Origin: an uncultured Candidatus Saccharibacteria bacterium
GTDB lineage: Bacteria > Patescibacteriota > Minisyncoccia > Minisyncoccales > RBG-13-42-11
DNA: 57,546 nt
Assembly: GCA_964648545.1 (NCBI GenBank)
Contig: CAZYNZ010000001.1
Coordinates: 1-57,546 of the forward strand
Direction: 5' to 3'
A model generated the notes under the pieces. That model did no database searches. It saw only the letters and a list, made by a program, of their open reading frames with translations, and was not told where the DNA came from. Both the position numbers and the translations under genes were made by a program. This document shows positions 37,106 through 44,383 of the stretch, in pieces. How positions within the stretch are numbered: position 1 is the first letter of the stretch; each line of letters begins with the position of its first letter.

Positions 37106-38392
37106 ATGATGCGTAAAAAGATAGTTGACATTTTACCGCCCAAAAGTTTCGAGGAAAAGGAACTGAAAGAAATTTCCGAAGAGGTGGAAGTTAAAGTTCG
37201 GCCGCAAAGAATTAAGATCACGGCTCCCGTTCCTCCGCTTAGAAAAGTACTGATTGCTATTTCCGGGCTTTTGTTTCTAGCTGCAGTTTTTTGTTTTTTT
37301 ACCTTGTCCAAGGCGAAGGTGGAAATCTGGCCGGAAACGGAAACGCTTAATTTGACCAGCAAACTGACGATTGACAGCGCGGCGGATGAGTATAATTTCG
37401 TCGCCAAAATCATTCAAGGACAGGTTTTCGAAAAGGAGAAGCTTGTCAGCGAGAATTTTCCCGCAACCGGCACTTTTTTGAAAGAAGAGAAGGCCAAGGG
37501 AACTGTCAGGCTTTACAACGAATATTCGACCTCTCCCCAGATTTTAATGGCGACCACCCGTTTCGTTTCGGCTGCAGGATTACTGTTCCGTACTCCCGTG
37601 AGAGTTACGATTCCCGGAGGAACCATGGATAAGGGAAAACTCGTTCCCGGAGAGATTGACGTCGAAGTGGTGGCCGATCAGGCTGGTCCCGACTATAACA
37701 TAGGGCCTACGACCTTTTCAATTCCAGGGTTTGCGGGCAGCGACAGGTATACCAAGTTCTACGCCAAGTCGTTTGAAGCGATGAAGGGCGGCTCTAAAGA
37801 AGGCGGCAGCCGGGTGACGGAAGAAGATTTGACCAAAGCTAAGAACAGCGTTATGCAATCGGCCAAAGCAGAATGCGAGAAGCTTCTGAAAGAAGAACTC
37901 GGTGCGGGAGAGTATTCCGCAGGATATTCTTTTTTGGAAAACGCCTTGCAGACGGAAATCGTTGAAACTTTTTCCAAGACTTTAGCGGGAGACGAGGCGG
38001 AAAGTTTCAATTATCAGGCCAAGGCCAAGTCAAAAACTTTAATCTTCAAACAAGAGGATTTCGAAAACTTCGGCAAGGATTTCATTTTTTCGCAGCTGGC
38101 AGAAGGCAAAGATTTTTATGAAGACAGTCTGGAGATAAAAAGCGAGCCGGAGACGATAAACCTAGATTCGGGCAAAATAATTCTTTCTATGGGGATTTCC
38201 GGGAAGACTTATGTGGAGATAGACGTCTCCAACCTTAAACAGGCGCTCAGGGATAAATCATTGCTGGAAAGTAAGATTTTTCTGGAAAATCAGCCTTATA
38301 TTACCAAGGCGAAAGTCGAACTTTGGCCTTTCTGGGTGAGGAAGGTGCCCGAGAACTTGGACAAGATTAACTTCCAGCTGAGAATTGACTAA
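37106..38392 (+). CDS. hypothetical single-pass membrane protein with large extracytoplasmic domain
   Basis: 428 aa. It has a TM helix VLIAISGLLFLAAVFCFFTL after about 45 cytoplasmic residues. I recognised no catalytic motif. Confidence 0.6.
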   Translation: MMRKKIVDILPPKSFEEKELKEISEEVEVKVRPQRIKITAPVPPLRKVLIAISGLLFLAAVFCFFTLSKAKVEIWPETETLNLTSKLTIDSAADEYNFVAKIIQGQVFEKEKLVSENFPATGTFLKEEKAKGTVRLYNEYSTSPQILMATTRFVSAAGLLFRTPVRVTIPGGTMDKGKLVPGEIDVEVVADQAGPDYNIGPTTFSIPGFAGSDRYTKFYAKSFEAMKGGSKEGGSRVTEEDLTKAKNSVMQSAKAECEKLLKEELGAGEYSAGYSFLENALQTEIVETFSKTLAGDEAESFNYQAKAKSKTLIFKQEDFENFGKDFIFSQLAEGKDFYEDSLEIKSEPETINLDSGKIILSMGISGKTYVEIDVSNLKQALRDKSLLESKIFLENQPYITKAKVELWPFWVRKVPENLDKINFQLRID

Positions 38393-38442
38393 AATAGAGA
38401 ATTCTGGTATATTTAAAAAGTTACGCAGGATATAAGATATAA

Positions 38443-38658
38443 ATGGCAAATCAAAAATTAAGACAATCAGGCCAGGTTATCGAGGCCTTGCCCAGTACCA
38501 ATTTCAAAGTGAAACTTGATGACGGCAGAGAAATCCTCTGTCATTTGGCAGGGAAGCTTAGGGTCTACCGGATTAAGATTCTGCCGGGAGACAGGGTCAC
38601 GGTTGAACTTACTCCGTACGATGAGAAAAGAGGCAGGATTGTCTACAGAGAAAAATAA
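38443..38658 (+). CDS. infA: translation initiation factor IF-1
   Basis: 71 aa with [43 protein letters not shown]. Confidence 0.96.
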   Translation: MANQKLRQSGQVIEALPSTNFKVKLDDGREILCHLAGKLRVYRIKILPGDRVTVELTPYDEKRGRIVYREK

Positions 38659-38665
38659 AAACTAG

Positions 38666-38782
38666 ATGAAAGTAAAACCATCGGTCAAGAAAATTTGTAA
38701 GAGTTGCAAGATTGTAAAAAGAGAAGGCAGGATTTACGTAATTTGTAAGAAAAACCCTAAGCACAAGCAAAGACAAGGGTAA
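38666..38782 (+). CDS. rpmJ: 50S ribosomal protein L36 (38 aa, not in the ORF track)
   Basis: The manual translation is [38 protein letters not shown]. It sits in the canonical position between infA and rpsM. Confidence 0.93.
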   Translation: MKVKPSVKKICKSCKIVKREGRIYVICKKNPKHKQRQG

Positions 38783-38790
38783 TTTTATTT

Positions 38791-39180
38791 ATGGCAAGAA
38801 TTGCCGGGATTAACATTCCCGATCAAAAACAAATACAATTCGCTCTGACCTACATTTACGGGATAGGACGGTCTTTGAGCAGAAAAATCTTGGAAACAGC
38901 CAAGATTTCTCCCAACAAAAAAGCTTCGGAATTAACCGCCCAGGAAATCGCCACACTGAAAGACATCATCGAGAAAAACCATAAGATAGAAGGGGAGTTG
39001 AAAAGACAGGTGATGATGAACATCAAAAGACTGAAAGACATCGGCACTTGGCGGGGAATGAGGCACGTAAAAGGCTTGCCCGTCAGGGGACAGAGAACTA
39101 AAACCAACACCAGAACAATCAGGGGGAACGTAAGGAAAACCGTGGGTTCCGGAAGGAAGCCTGCGGCTACCCCAACCTAA
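38791..39180 (+). CDS. rpsM: 30S ribosomal protein S13
   Basis: It has MARIAGINIP, YIYGIGRS and WRGMRHVKGLPVRGQRTKTNTRT. Confidence 0.97.
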   Translation: MARIAGINIPDQKQIQFALTYIYGIGRSLSRKILETAKISPNKKASELTAQEIATLKDIIEKNHKIEGELKRQVMMNIKRLKDIGTWRGMRHVKGLPVRGQRTKTNTRTIRGNVRKTVGSGRKPAATPT

Positions 39181-39193
39181 TAGATAATTAATT

Positions 39194-39643
39194 ATGGGAA
39201 AAAAACGCATTATCCAACAAACTGAAGAGGAATTATTGAAAGAAGGAGAAAGCGTGGATGCAAAGGTGAAAAAGGAAGTCCAAGTCGGCTCTCAAAAGAT
39301 AAAAGAGGGCAAAGTTTTTATTTCTTCAAGTTATAACAACACTATCATCACCCTTTCCGACCTTAAGGGAAACGTTTTGGCTTGGAGAACGGCAGGTTCC
39401 GTAGGGTTTAAGGGAACGAAAAAAGCCACTCCTTTCGCCGCTTCGAAAGTCGCCGAGGCCATAGCCCAGATGGCAGAGAAGTTGGGGATTGAGAAAATGG
39501 AAGTGGAAGTAAAAGGCATAGGTTCAGGCCGGGAATCAGCCATCAGATCGTTGGCTGCCCGGGGGATAGAAATATTGTCCATAAAAGACACGACTCCCAT
39601 ACCTCACAACGGCGGCCGTTCACCCAAAGTAAGAAGAGTGTAA
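39194..39643 (+). CDS. rpsK: 30S ribosomal protein S11
   Basis: It has NNTIITLSDLKGNVLAWRTAGSVGFKGTKKATPFAA and TPIPHNGGRSPKVRRV. Confidence 0.96.
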   Translation: MGKKRIIQQTEEELLKEGESVDAKVKKEVQVGSQKIKEGKVFISSSYNNTIITLSDLKGNVLAWRTAGSVGFKGTKKATPFAASKVAEAIAQMAEKLGIEKMEVEVKGIGSGRESAIRSLAARGIEILSIKDTTPIPHNGGRSPKVRRV

Positions 39644-39648
39644 TTTTT

Positions 39649-40278
39649 ATGATAAATTCAAAGTGTAAAATTTGCAGGAGAGCAGGAACTAAACTTTTTT
39701 TGAAAGGCGAAAAATGTTTGTCGCCTAAATGCCCCATTATCAGAAAACCATATGCCCCCGGTAAAAAAGGAAAAAAAAGACCTCGTCCTCTTTCCGAATA
39801 CGGCAAGGAATTAAGGGAAAAACAAAAACTGAAAAACTGGTATAATTTACAAGAGCGTCAGTTTCGCAATTATGTAATAGCGGCCTTGGAGGCCAGGAAA
39901 AAAGTGGAAGATACCGCCGCCTTTCTCATCGAACTTCTGGAAAGCCGGCTGGACAACGTGGTTTTCAAATTGGGGTTTGCTAATTCCAGAGCCAAGGCCA
40001 GGCAAATGGTTTCTCACGGTCATTTTCTGGTGAACGACCGGCCGATAGACGTACCGAGTTATAAGGTGAAAATCGGCGACAAAATAAGTTTAAAGCCTGT
40101 ATCTGTCAAGAAAAACGCTTTCCGCAATCTGGCAGCTGCTTTAAAAAAATATACTCCTCCTTCTTGGCTCAAACTCGACGCCGAGAAATTAGAGGGAAAG
40201 GTCCAAAAATTACCAACTTTAGAAGAATCTGCCCCTCCGGCAGAAATCGCATCCATCTTCGAGTTTTATTCGAAGTAA
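39649..40278 (+). CDS. rpsD: 30S ribosomal protein S4 (zinc-finger form)
   Basis: It has CKICRRAGTKLFLKGEKCLSPKCP and the S4 domain RLDNVVFKLGFANSRAKARQMVSHGHFLVN. Confidence 0.96.
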   Translation: MINSKCKICRRAGTKLFLKGEKCLSPKCPIIRKPYAPGKKGKKRPRPLSEYGKELREKQKLKNWYNLQERQFRNYVIAALEARKKVEDTAAFLIELLESRLDNVVFKLGFANSRAKARQMVSHGHFLVNDRPIDVPSYKVKIGDKISLKPVSVKKNAFRNLAAALKKYTPPSWLKLDAEKLEGKVQKLPTLEESAPPAEIASIFEFYSK

Positions 40279-40295
40279 TATTTCAATAAAAACTT

Positions 40296-41096
40296 ATGAT
40301 CAACTTACCCAATCAGCCAAAAGTCGTGAAAAAAGAAGGAGAGAATGAAGTCGTCTTTGAAATAGAGCCTCTTTACCCCGGTTACGGCGTAACCGTGGCT
40401 AATAGCTTAAGAAGGGTCCTGCTTTCTTCTTTAGAAGGAGCGGCCGCGACGCAGGTAAAAATTAAAGGCGTTTCCCACGAGTTTTCGACGATTCCAGGCG
40501 TGCTGGAAGACGTGATTCAGCTTTCCTTGAACTTAAAACAGCTGAGATTCCGGGTTTTTACTGACGAACCCCAGAAAGCGACCCTTAAAGTAAAGGGAGA
40601 AAAAGAAATAAAAGGTTCGGATTTCGATCTGTCCAGTCAGGTTGAATTGATAAACAAGAATTGCCATATTGCCACTCTTACTTCCAAATCCTCCGAAATG
40701 GAAATGGAGATCAGAATCGAAAAGGGAATAGGTTTTTCTTCGGCGGAAACGAAAAGGAAGGAAAAACTGGAGATGGGAGCAATACAGCTTGACGCCATCT
40801 TTTCCCCGGTCAGAAAAGTGAGTTTCAAGGTTGAAAACATGAGGGTCGGAGAAAGAACGGACTACGACAGAGTGTTTTTGACCCTTAAGACCGACGGGAC
40901 GATACCTCCCGAAACGGCTCTTTTTCAGGCTTCGGAAATTCTGGAGAATCATTTTTCTTCTTTCGTTCAGAGTCTGCAGCCGAAAGAAAAGCCTCAGCCC
41001 AAACCCGTAGAGAAAAAAGAAAGGAAAAAAGCAGCGCCTAAGAAAAAAACAACAAAAGTAAAACATGAGGAAACGAAAAAAAGGAAGAAAACTTAG
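40296..41096 (+). CDS. rpoA: DNA-directed RNA polymerase alpha subunit, N-terminal domain only plus Lys-rich tail
   Basis: 266 aa. It has GYGVTVANSLRRVLLSSLEGAA and the alpha-NTD fold through about residue 220. After that there is only PKEKPQPKPVEKKERKKAAPKKKTTKVKHEETKKRKKT. Confidence 0.88.
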   Translation: MINLPNQPKVVKKEGENEVVFEIEPLYPGYGVTVANSLRRVLLSSLEGAAATQVKIKGVSHEFSTIPGVLEDVIQLSLNLKQLRFRVFTDEPQKATLKVKGEKEIKGSDFDLSSQVELINKNCHIATLTSKSSEMEMEIRIEKGIGFSSAETKRKEKLEMGAIQLDAIFSPVRKVSFKVENMRVGERTDYDRVFLTLKTDGTIPPETALFQASEILENHFSSFVQSLQPKEKPQPKPVEKKERKKAAPKKKTTKVKHEETKKRKKT

Positions 41097-41418
41097 CAGG
41101 AAAAAAGATCAGAGAGTAGCTCTTCTCAAGGGTCTGTCCCGCGCTTTGATATTGAAAGAAAAAATTAAAACGACCGAAGCCAAGGCCAAGGAGTTGAAGA
41201 ATTTTATCGAAAAGCAGGTCAGCCTGGGGAAGAAAGCAGACGTACTTCACGCCAGACGACTTCTGGCAAAAAACTTTTCCCCGAAAGTGGTTAAAAAAAT
41301 GGTCGAGGAGATTGCTCCGAGATACAAGACGAGATCCGGCGGATATACCAGAATCATTAAACTGGGTCCCCGCAAATCCAACGGAGCCAAAATGGCCCAG
41401 ATCGAATTTATTAAGTAA
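41065..41418 (+). CDS. rplQ: 50S ribosomal protein L17
   Basis: It has the MRKRKKGRKLSRKKDQRVALLKGL family N-terminus and GGYTRIIKLGPRKSNGAKMAQIEF. It overlaps the rpoA tail by 32 nt. Confidence 0.93.
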   Translation: MRKRKKGRKLSRKKDQRVALLKGLSRALILKEKIKTTEAKAKELKNFIEKQVSLGKKADVLHARRLLAKNFSPKVVKKMVEEIAPRYKTRSGGYTRIIKLGPRKSNGAKMAQIEFIK

Positions 41419-41425
41419 CAAGGCG

Positions 41426-41785
41426 ATGAGAACCATAAAGAGAGAAACCCACACAATCGACGCAACCGGCAAGGTATTAGGAAGGTTGGCTGTACAAATA
41501 GCCCTGCTTTTGAGAGGTAAAGATAAAACCGGTTTCGCTCCCTATAAAGACGAGGGTGATTTTGTGGTTATAAAAAACGTTGATAAGATCAAATTTACCG
41601 GAAAGAAAATGGGTCAGAAACAATATTTTCATCATTCCGGTTATCTTGGGGGAATGAAAGCAATTCCCTTGGAAAAACTTTTTGAACAGAGGCCGGAAGA
41701 AGTTTTGAAAATAGCAGTTTTCGGCATGCTGCCGAAGAATAAACTGCGTTCAGTGATGATTAAAAGATTAAAATTCACTAAATAA
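41426..41785 (+). CDS. rplM: 50S ribosomal protein L13
   Basis: The start was trimmed to ATG 41426 (MRTIKRETHTIDATGKVLGRLA), after the rplQ stop. It has HHSGYLGGMK. Confidence 0.92.
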   Translation: MRTIKRETHTIDATGKVLGRLAVQIALLLRGKDKTGFAPYKDEGDFVVIKNVDKIKFTGKKMGQKQYFHHSGYLGGMKAIPLEKLFEQRPEEVLKIAVFGMLPKNKLRSVMIKRLKFTK

Positions 41786-41788
41786 TTT

Positions 41789-42286
41789 ATGCCAACGAAA
41801 AAAACAGCCGTTAAAACCAAGTCCGTTGCCAAGAAAAAACCCGTGGCCGCCAAAAAAGAGACGAAGAAAAGAGTGAAAAAGGAGGAGAAAAAAATCTCCA
41901 AGTTTTTCGAGGGATTAGGCAGAAGAAAAACCGCCACCGCCAGGGTCAGGCTTTTGGCTGAGGCGGAAAAAGAGAATCTGATAAACGGAAGACCCCTGGA
42001 GAATTATTTTCCGACGAACGAACTTCAGGAAACAATCTTCTCACCCTTTAAAAAAATGGAGTGCCTCGGGCAATTCGGACTTTCAGTCAGGGTCAAAGGA
42101 GGAGGCATAAGTGCTCAGGCCGAAGCGGTAAGGCATGGAATTGCCAAAGCATTGGTTCTTTTCGATCCGGAGATGAGAAAGAAACTGAAAAAGGCGGGCT
42201 TTTTAACCCGGGATCCGAGAATGAGAGAAAGAAAGAAATTTGGTTTGAAACGTGCGAGAAGAGCGCCCCAATGGGCCAAGAGGTAA
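41789..42286 (+). CDS. rpsI: 30S ribosomal protein S9 with Lys-rich N-terminal extension
   Basis: The core is GLGRRKTATARVRL...GGGISAQAEAVRHGIAKAL...RDPRMRERKKFGLKRARRAPQWAKR. About 35 K-rich residues precede it. Confidence 0.94.
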   Translation: MPTKKTAVKTKSVAKKKPVAAKKETKKRVKKEEKKISKFFEGLGRRKTATARVRLLAEAEKENLINGRPLENYFPTNELQETIFSPFKKMECLGQFGLSVRVKGGGISAQAEAVRHGIAKALVLFDPEMRKKLKKAGFLTRDPRMRERKKFGLKRARRAPQWAKR

Positions 42287-42287
42287 T

Positions 42288-42992
42288 ATGTTAAGGGAAC
42301 TCATTGATAAATTCTATCTGGACAGGCAGAAAGACAAGGAACAGCACCATTTTTACATTACCGACGCGGGAAAATGCGCCAGAGCTTTGTTTTTTAAATT
42401 CAAAAACGTGCCCCGAAAGGAAATGGAAGCGAACATTTTAAGGTTGTTCGACCACGGTGACCATATCCACCAGCTCATCATGAAGCCGTTGTTAAGTATA
42501 AGAGAGCTCCATGTGGTGGCCTCGGAAGTCAAAATTCCCCCTCAGGAATTGATTTCCGGGAGGGCAGACGCCATAATCAGCGACGGCAAGAATCTGTACG
42601 TGCTTGACATTAAAAGCATGAACAGCATGATTTTTAAAAACCTGAATCAGGCGAAAGAGGAAAACATTGATCAACTCCAGCTTTATTTGCATTATTTCAA
42701 AATTCCCAAGGGAATACTTCTTTACGTGAATAAAGATAACCAGGAATTGAAGGAATTCGTCATCGAGTACGATAAAAAATGGGCAACCACTCTTTTGTCC
42801 GGCCTGAAGAAGCTCAAAGAGGACATAGATTCAAATATTATTCCCGGCAGATTGTCGGATTATCCCGATAATTGGCAGTGCCGCTATTGTCAGTTTAAAG
42901 CAGTCTGCGTCATGGCCAACACGGGAGAGGTTAAGTGGGATGATTTCAAGAAGAAAATAAAATTAAGGGAGGAGCACATCGGAAACGCTTAG
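42288..42992 (+). CDS. Cas4/RecB-like PD-(D/E)XK nuclease with 4-Cys cluster signature (no CRISPR context)
   Basis: The start was trimmed to ATG 42288, 1 nt after the rpsI stop. It has an N-terminal Cys (DAGKCAR), the nuclease core GRADAII...YVLDIKS...QLQLY, and a C-terminal CRYCQFKAVC (CX2CX5C). Confidence 0.7.
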   Translation: MLRELIDKFYLDRQKDKEQHHFYITDAGKCARALFFKFKNVPRKEMEANILRLFDHGDHIHQLIMKPLLSIRELHVVASEVKIPPQELISGRADAIISDGKNLYVLDIKSMNSMIFKNLNQAKEENIDQLQLYLHYFKIPKGILLYVNKDNQELKEFVIEYDKKWATTLLSGLKKLKEDIDSNIIPGRLSDYPDNWQCRYCQFKAVCVMANTGEVKWDDFKKKIKLREEHIGNA

Positions 42993-44231
42993 ACTTTTTT
43001 CTTCCAAAATATACAACTTTTTCTCAGTTTTACTCCAGAAAATATCTGGATTTTTTGTTTGTTTTATATCCACAATGTTAATCCTGTCCCGGTTGTCCGC
43101 TTCGCTAATTTTGATTTTATCTGCAGCGGTGAAAACCAGATAGTTGGAGTTTAACCACGAACAATCATCGATTTTTTCGGAAAGTCGGACAAGGAATATT
43201 TTGTCTCCGGCTTCGTGCAAGGGCAGGTCGTCTTCCAGGAAGAGGATCCAGATTTCGTAATCCGAAAAGTAAAGCAGTTTCCTCGAGTCGGGAGAAAGCT
43301 TCAAATCGTTTATCCCGTCAAAAAACAATTCGAATGATCTGGAGGCGTCGTTTAATTTATAGATGGATTTTTCTTTTTGCAGGAAGAAAAGATTGCCTAT
43401 TTTTCTTACTTTATATTCGGTCTCCGGGATGACCGGAAAGGGGATTTCGTTTATTTTTTCTTTCGCCTCGAAAGAGGAGTCGGTTTTATACAGATATCCG
43501 AAAGTATCCAGATAATAAATTTCATTGCCGGATTCAAGCAAAGCCACTGTGTTTTCCGAGGGAAGAGAGGGGACTTCTTTTCTTGCCAAAACCGCCGGCG
43601 TTTTGCCAAGATCGATCTCGTAATATCTTAATTGTTCTCGGACCCCCGCTTGTAGGGAGATTTTTTTTGCATCGGGAGAGAACTCCACGGATATCAAATC
43701 CGCACCCTGGCCGGATATGTCAGTTTCGTCAATCAAATGAGTTTTCACTTTCTTTTCCGTTTCGTAAAGCTTCAAAGACCAGATGTCCTGGCTGTCTTCC
43801 TTTAAGACTATCTTTTTTTGATCCGGCGAAAACCAGAAATTTTCCACTCCGCTGAATAAAACGCTGAATTTCGGGTCTTCCGGGAAAAGAATAATGTTTT
43901 TGGCTTCGGTGACCTGTTTTTCTTTTATCTCCAGGGTTTTTTCCCAAGGATAAAATCCTTCCTTTTTTACTTCGATTTTATATTTCTGAGGCAGGAGATT
44001 CTCAACCAAGACGGAACCGAAGAAAAAGTCCGTCTTCTTGCTTAATTCGCTGTCAAGATAGACTTCAGCCTGTTTGGGCAGGACTTTCAAAAAAAGACCG
44101 CCGGTCTGGCTGAATTTTTTGTTTTCAAAGTCAAGGCGGTATCCCTGGGAATACAAAACTATGGCCGGAGCCATCAGGAGAAACAAAACCAAGAAACTCA
44201 AAAATAAAATTGTCCGTATTCTTTTAGTCAC
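42963..44231 (-). CDS. membrane-anchored PEGA-domain / beta-propeller-like surface protein
   Basis: 422 aa. It has an N-terminal TM helix and a PEGA-like segment AEVYLDSELSKKT...YKIEVKKEGFYPWEKTL. Repetitive beta-rich sequence (TolB-like) follows. Confidence 0.6.
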   Translation of the reverse strand: MTKRIRTILFLSFLVLFLLMAPAIVLYSQGYRLDFENKKFSQTGGLFLKVLPKQAEVYLDSELSKKTDFFFGSVLVENLLPQKYKIEVKKEGFYPWEKTLEIKEKQVTEAKNIILFPEDPKFSVLFSGVENFWFSPDQKKIVLKEDSQDIWSLKLYETEKKVKTHLIDETDISGQGADLISVEFSPDAKKISLQAGVREQLRYYEIDLGKTPAVLARKEVPSLPSENTVALLESGNEIYYLDTFGYLYKTDSSFEAKEKINEIPFPVIPETEYKVRKIGNLFFLQKEKSIYKLNDASRSFELFFDGINDLKLSPDSRKLLYFSDYEIWILFLEDDLPLHEAGDKIFLVRLSEKIDDCSWLNSNYLVFTAADKIKISEADNRDRINIVDIKQTKNPDIFWSKTEKKLYILEEKSLSVSDVLLP

Positions 44232-44383
44232 CTTTGTTTATCTTAATTTAATACTGTTTTTTTGGCAACTGATGGACGTTTGACAAAGCCTTAAATTCGT
44301 GGCAAAGTAATTTAGACCTTTGGAGGGGTTCTTTAAAAAATATCAAGTAAAGCAGCAGCGAATACTACATAGGAGGTGCAAAA

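Noticed and set aside
44262-44310. TTGRCAAAG-like triple repeat in the divergent promoter region, considered as a defined operator.
   Set aside because: There are only three short, imperfect copies, so they are indistinguishable by eye from overlapping -35-like hexamers. They are mentioned under the surface-protein finding but not annotated as a feature.
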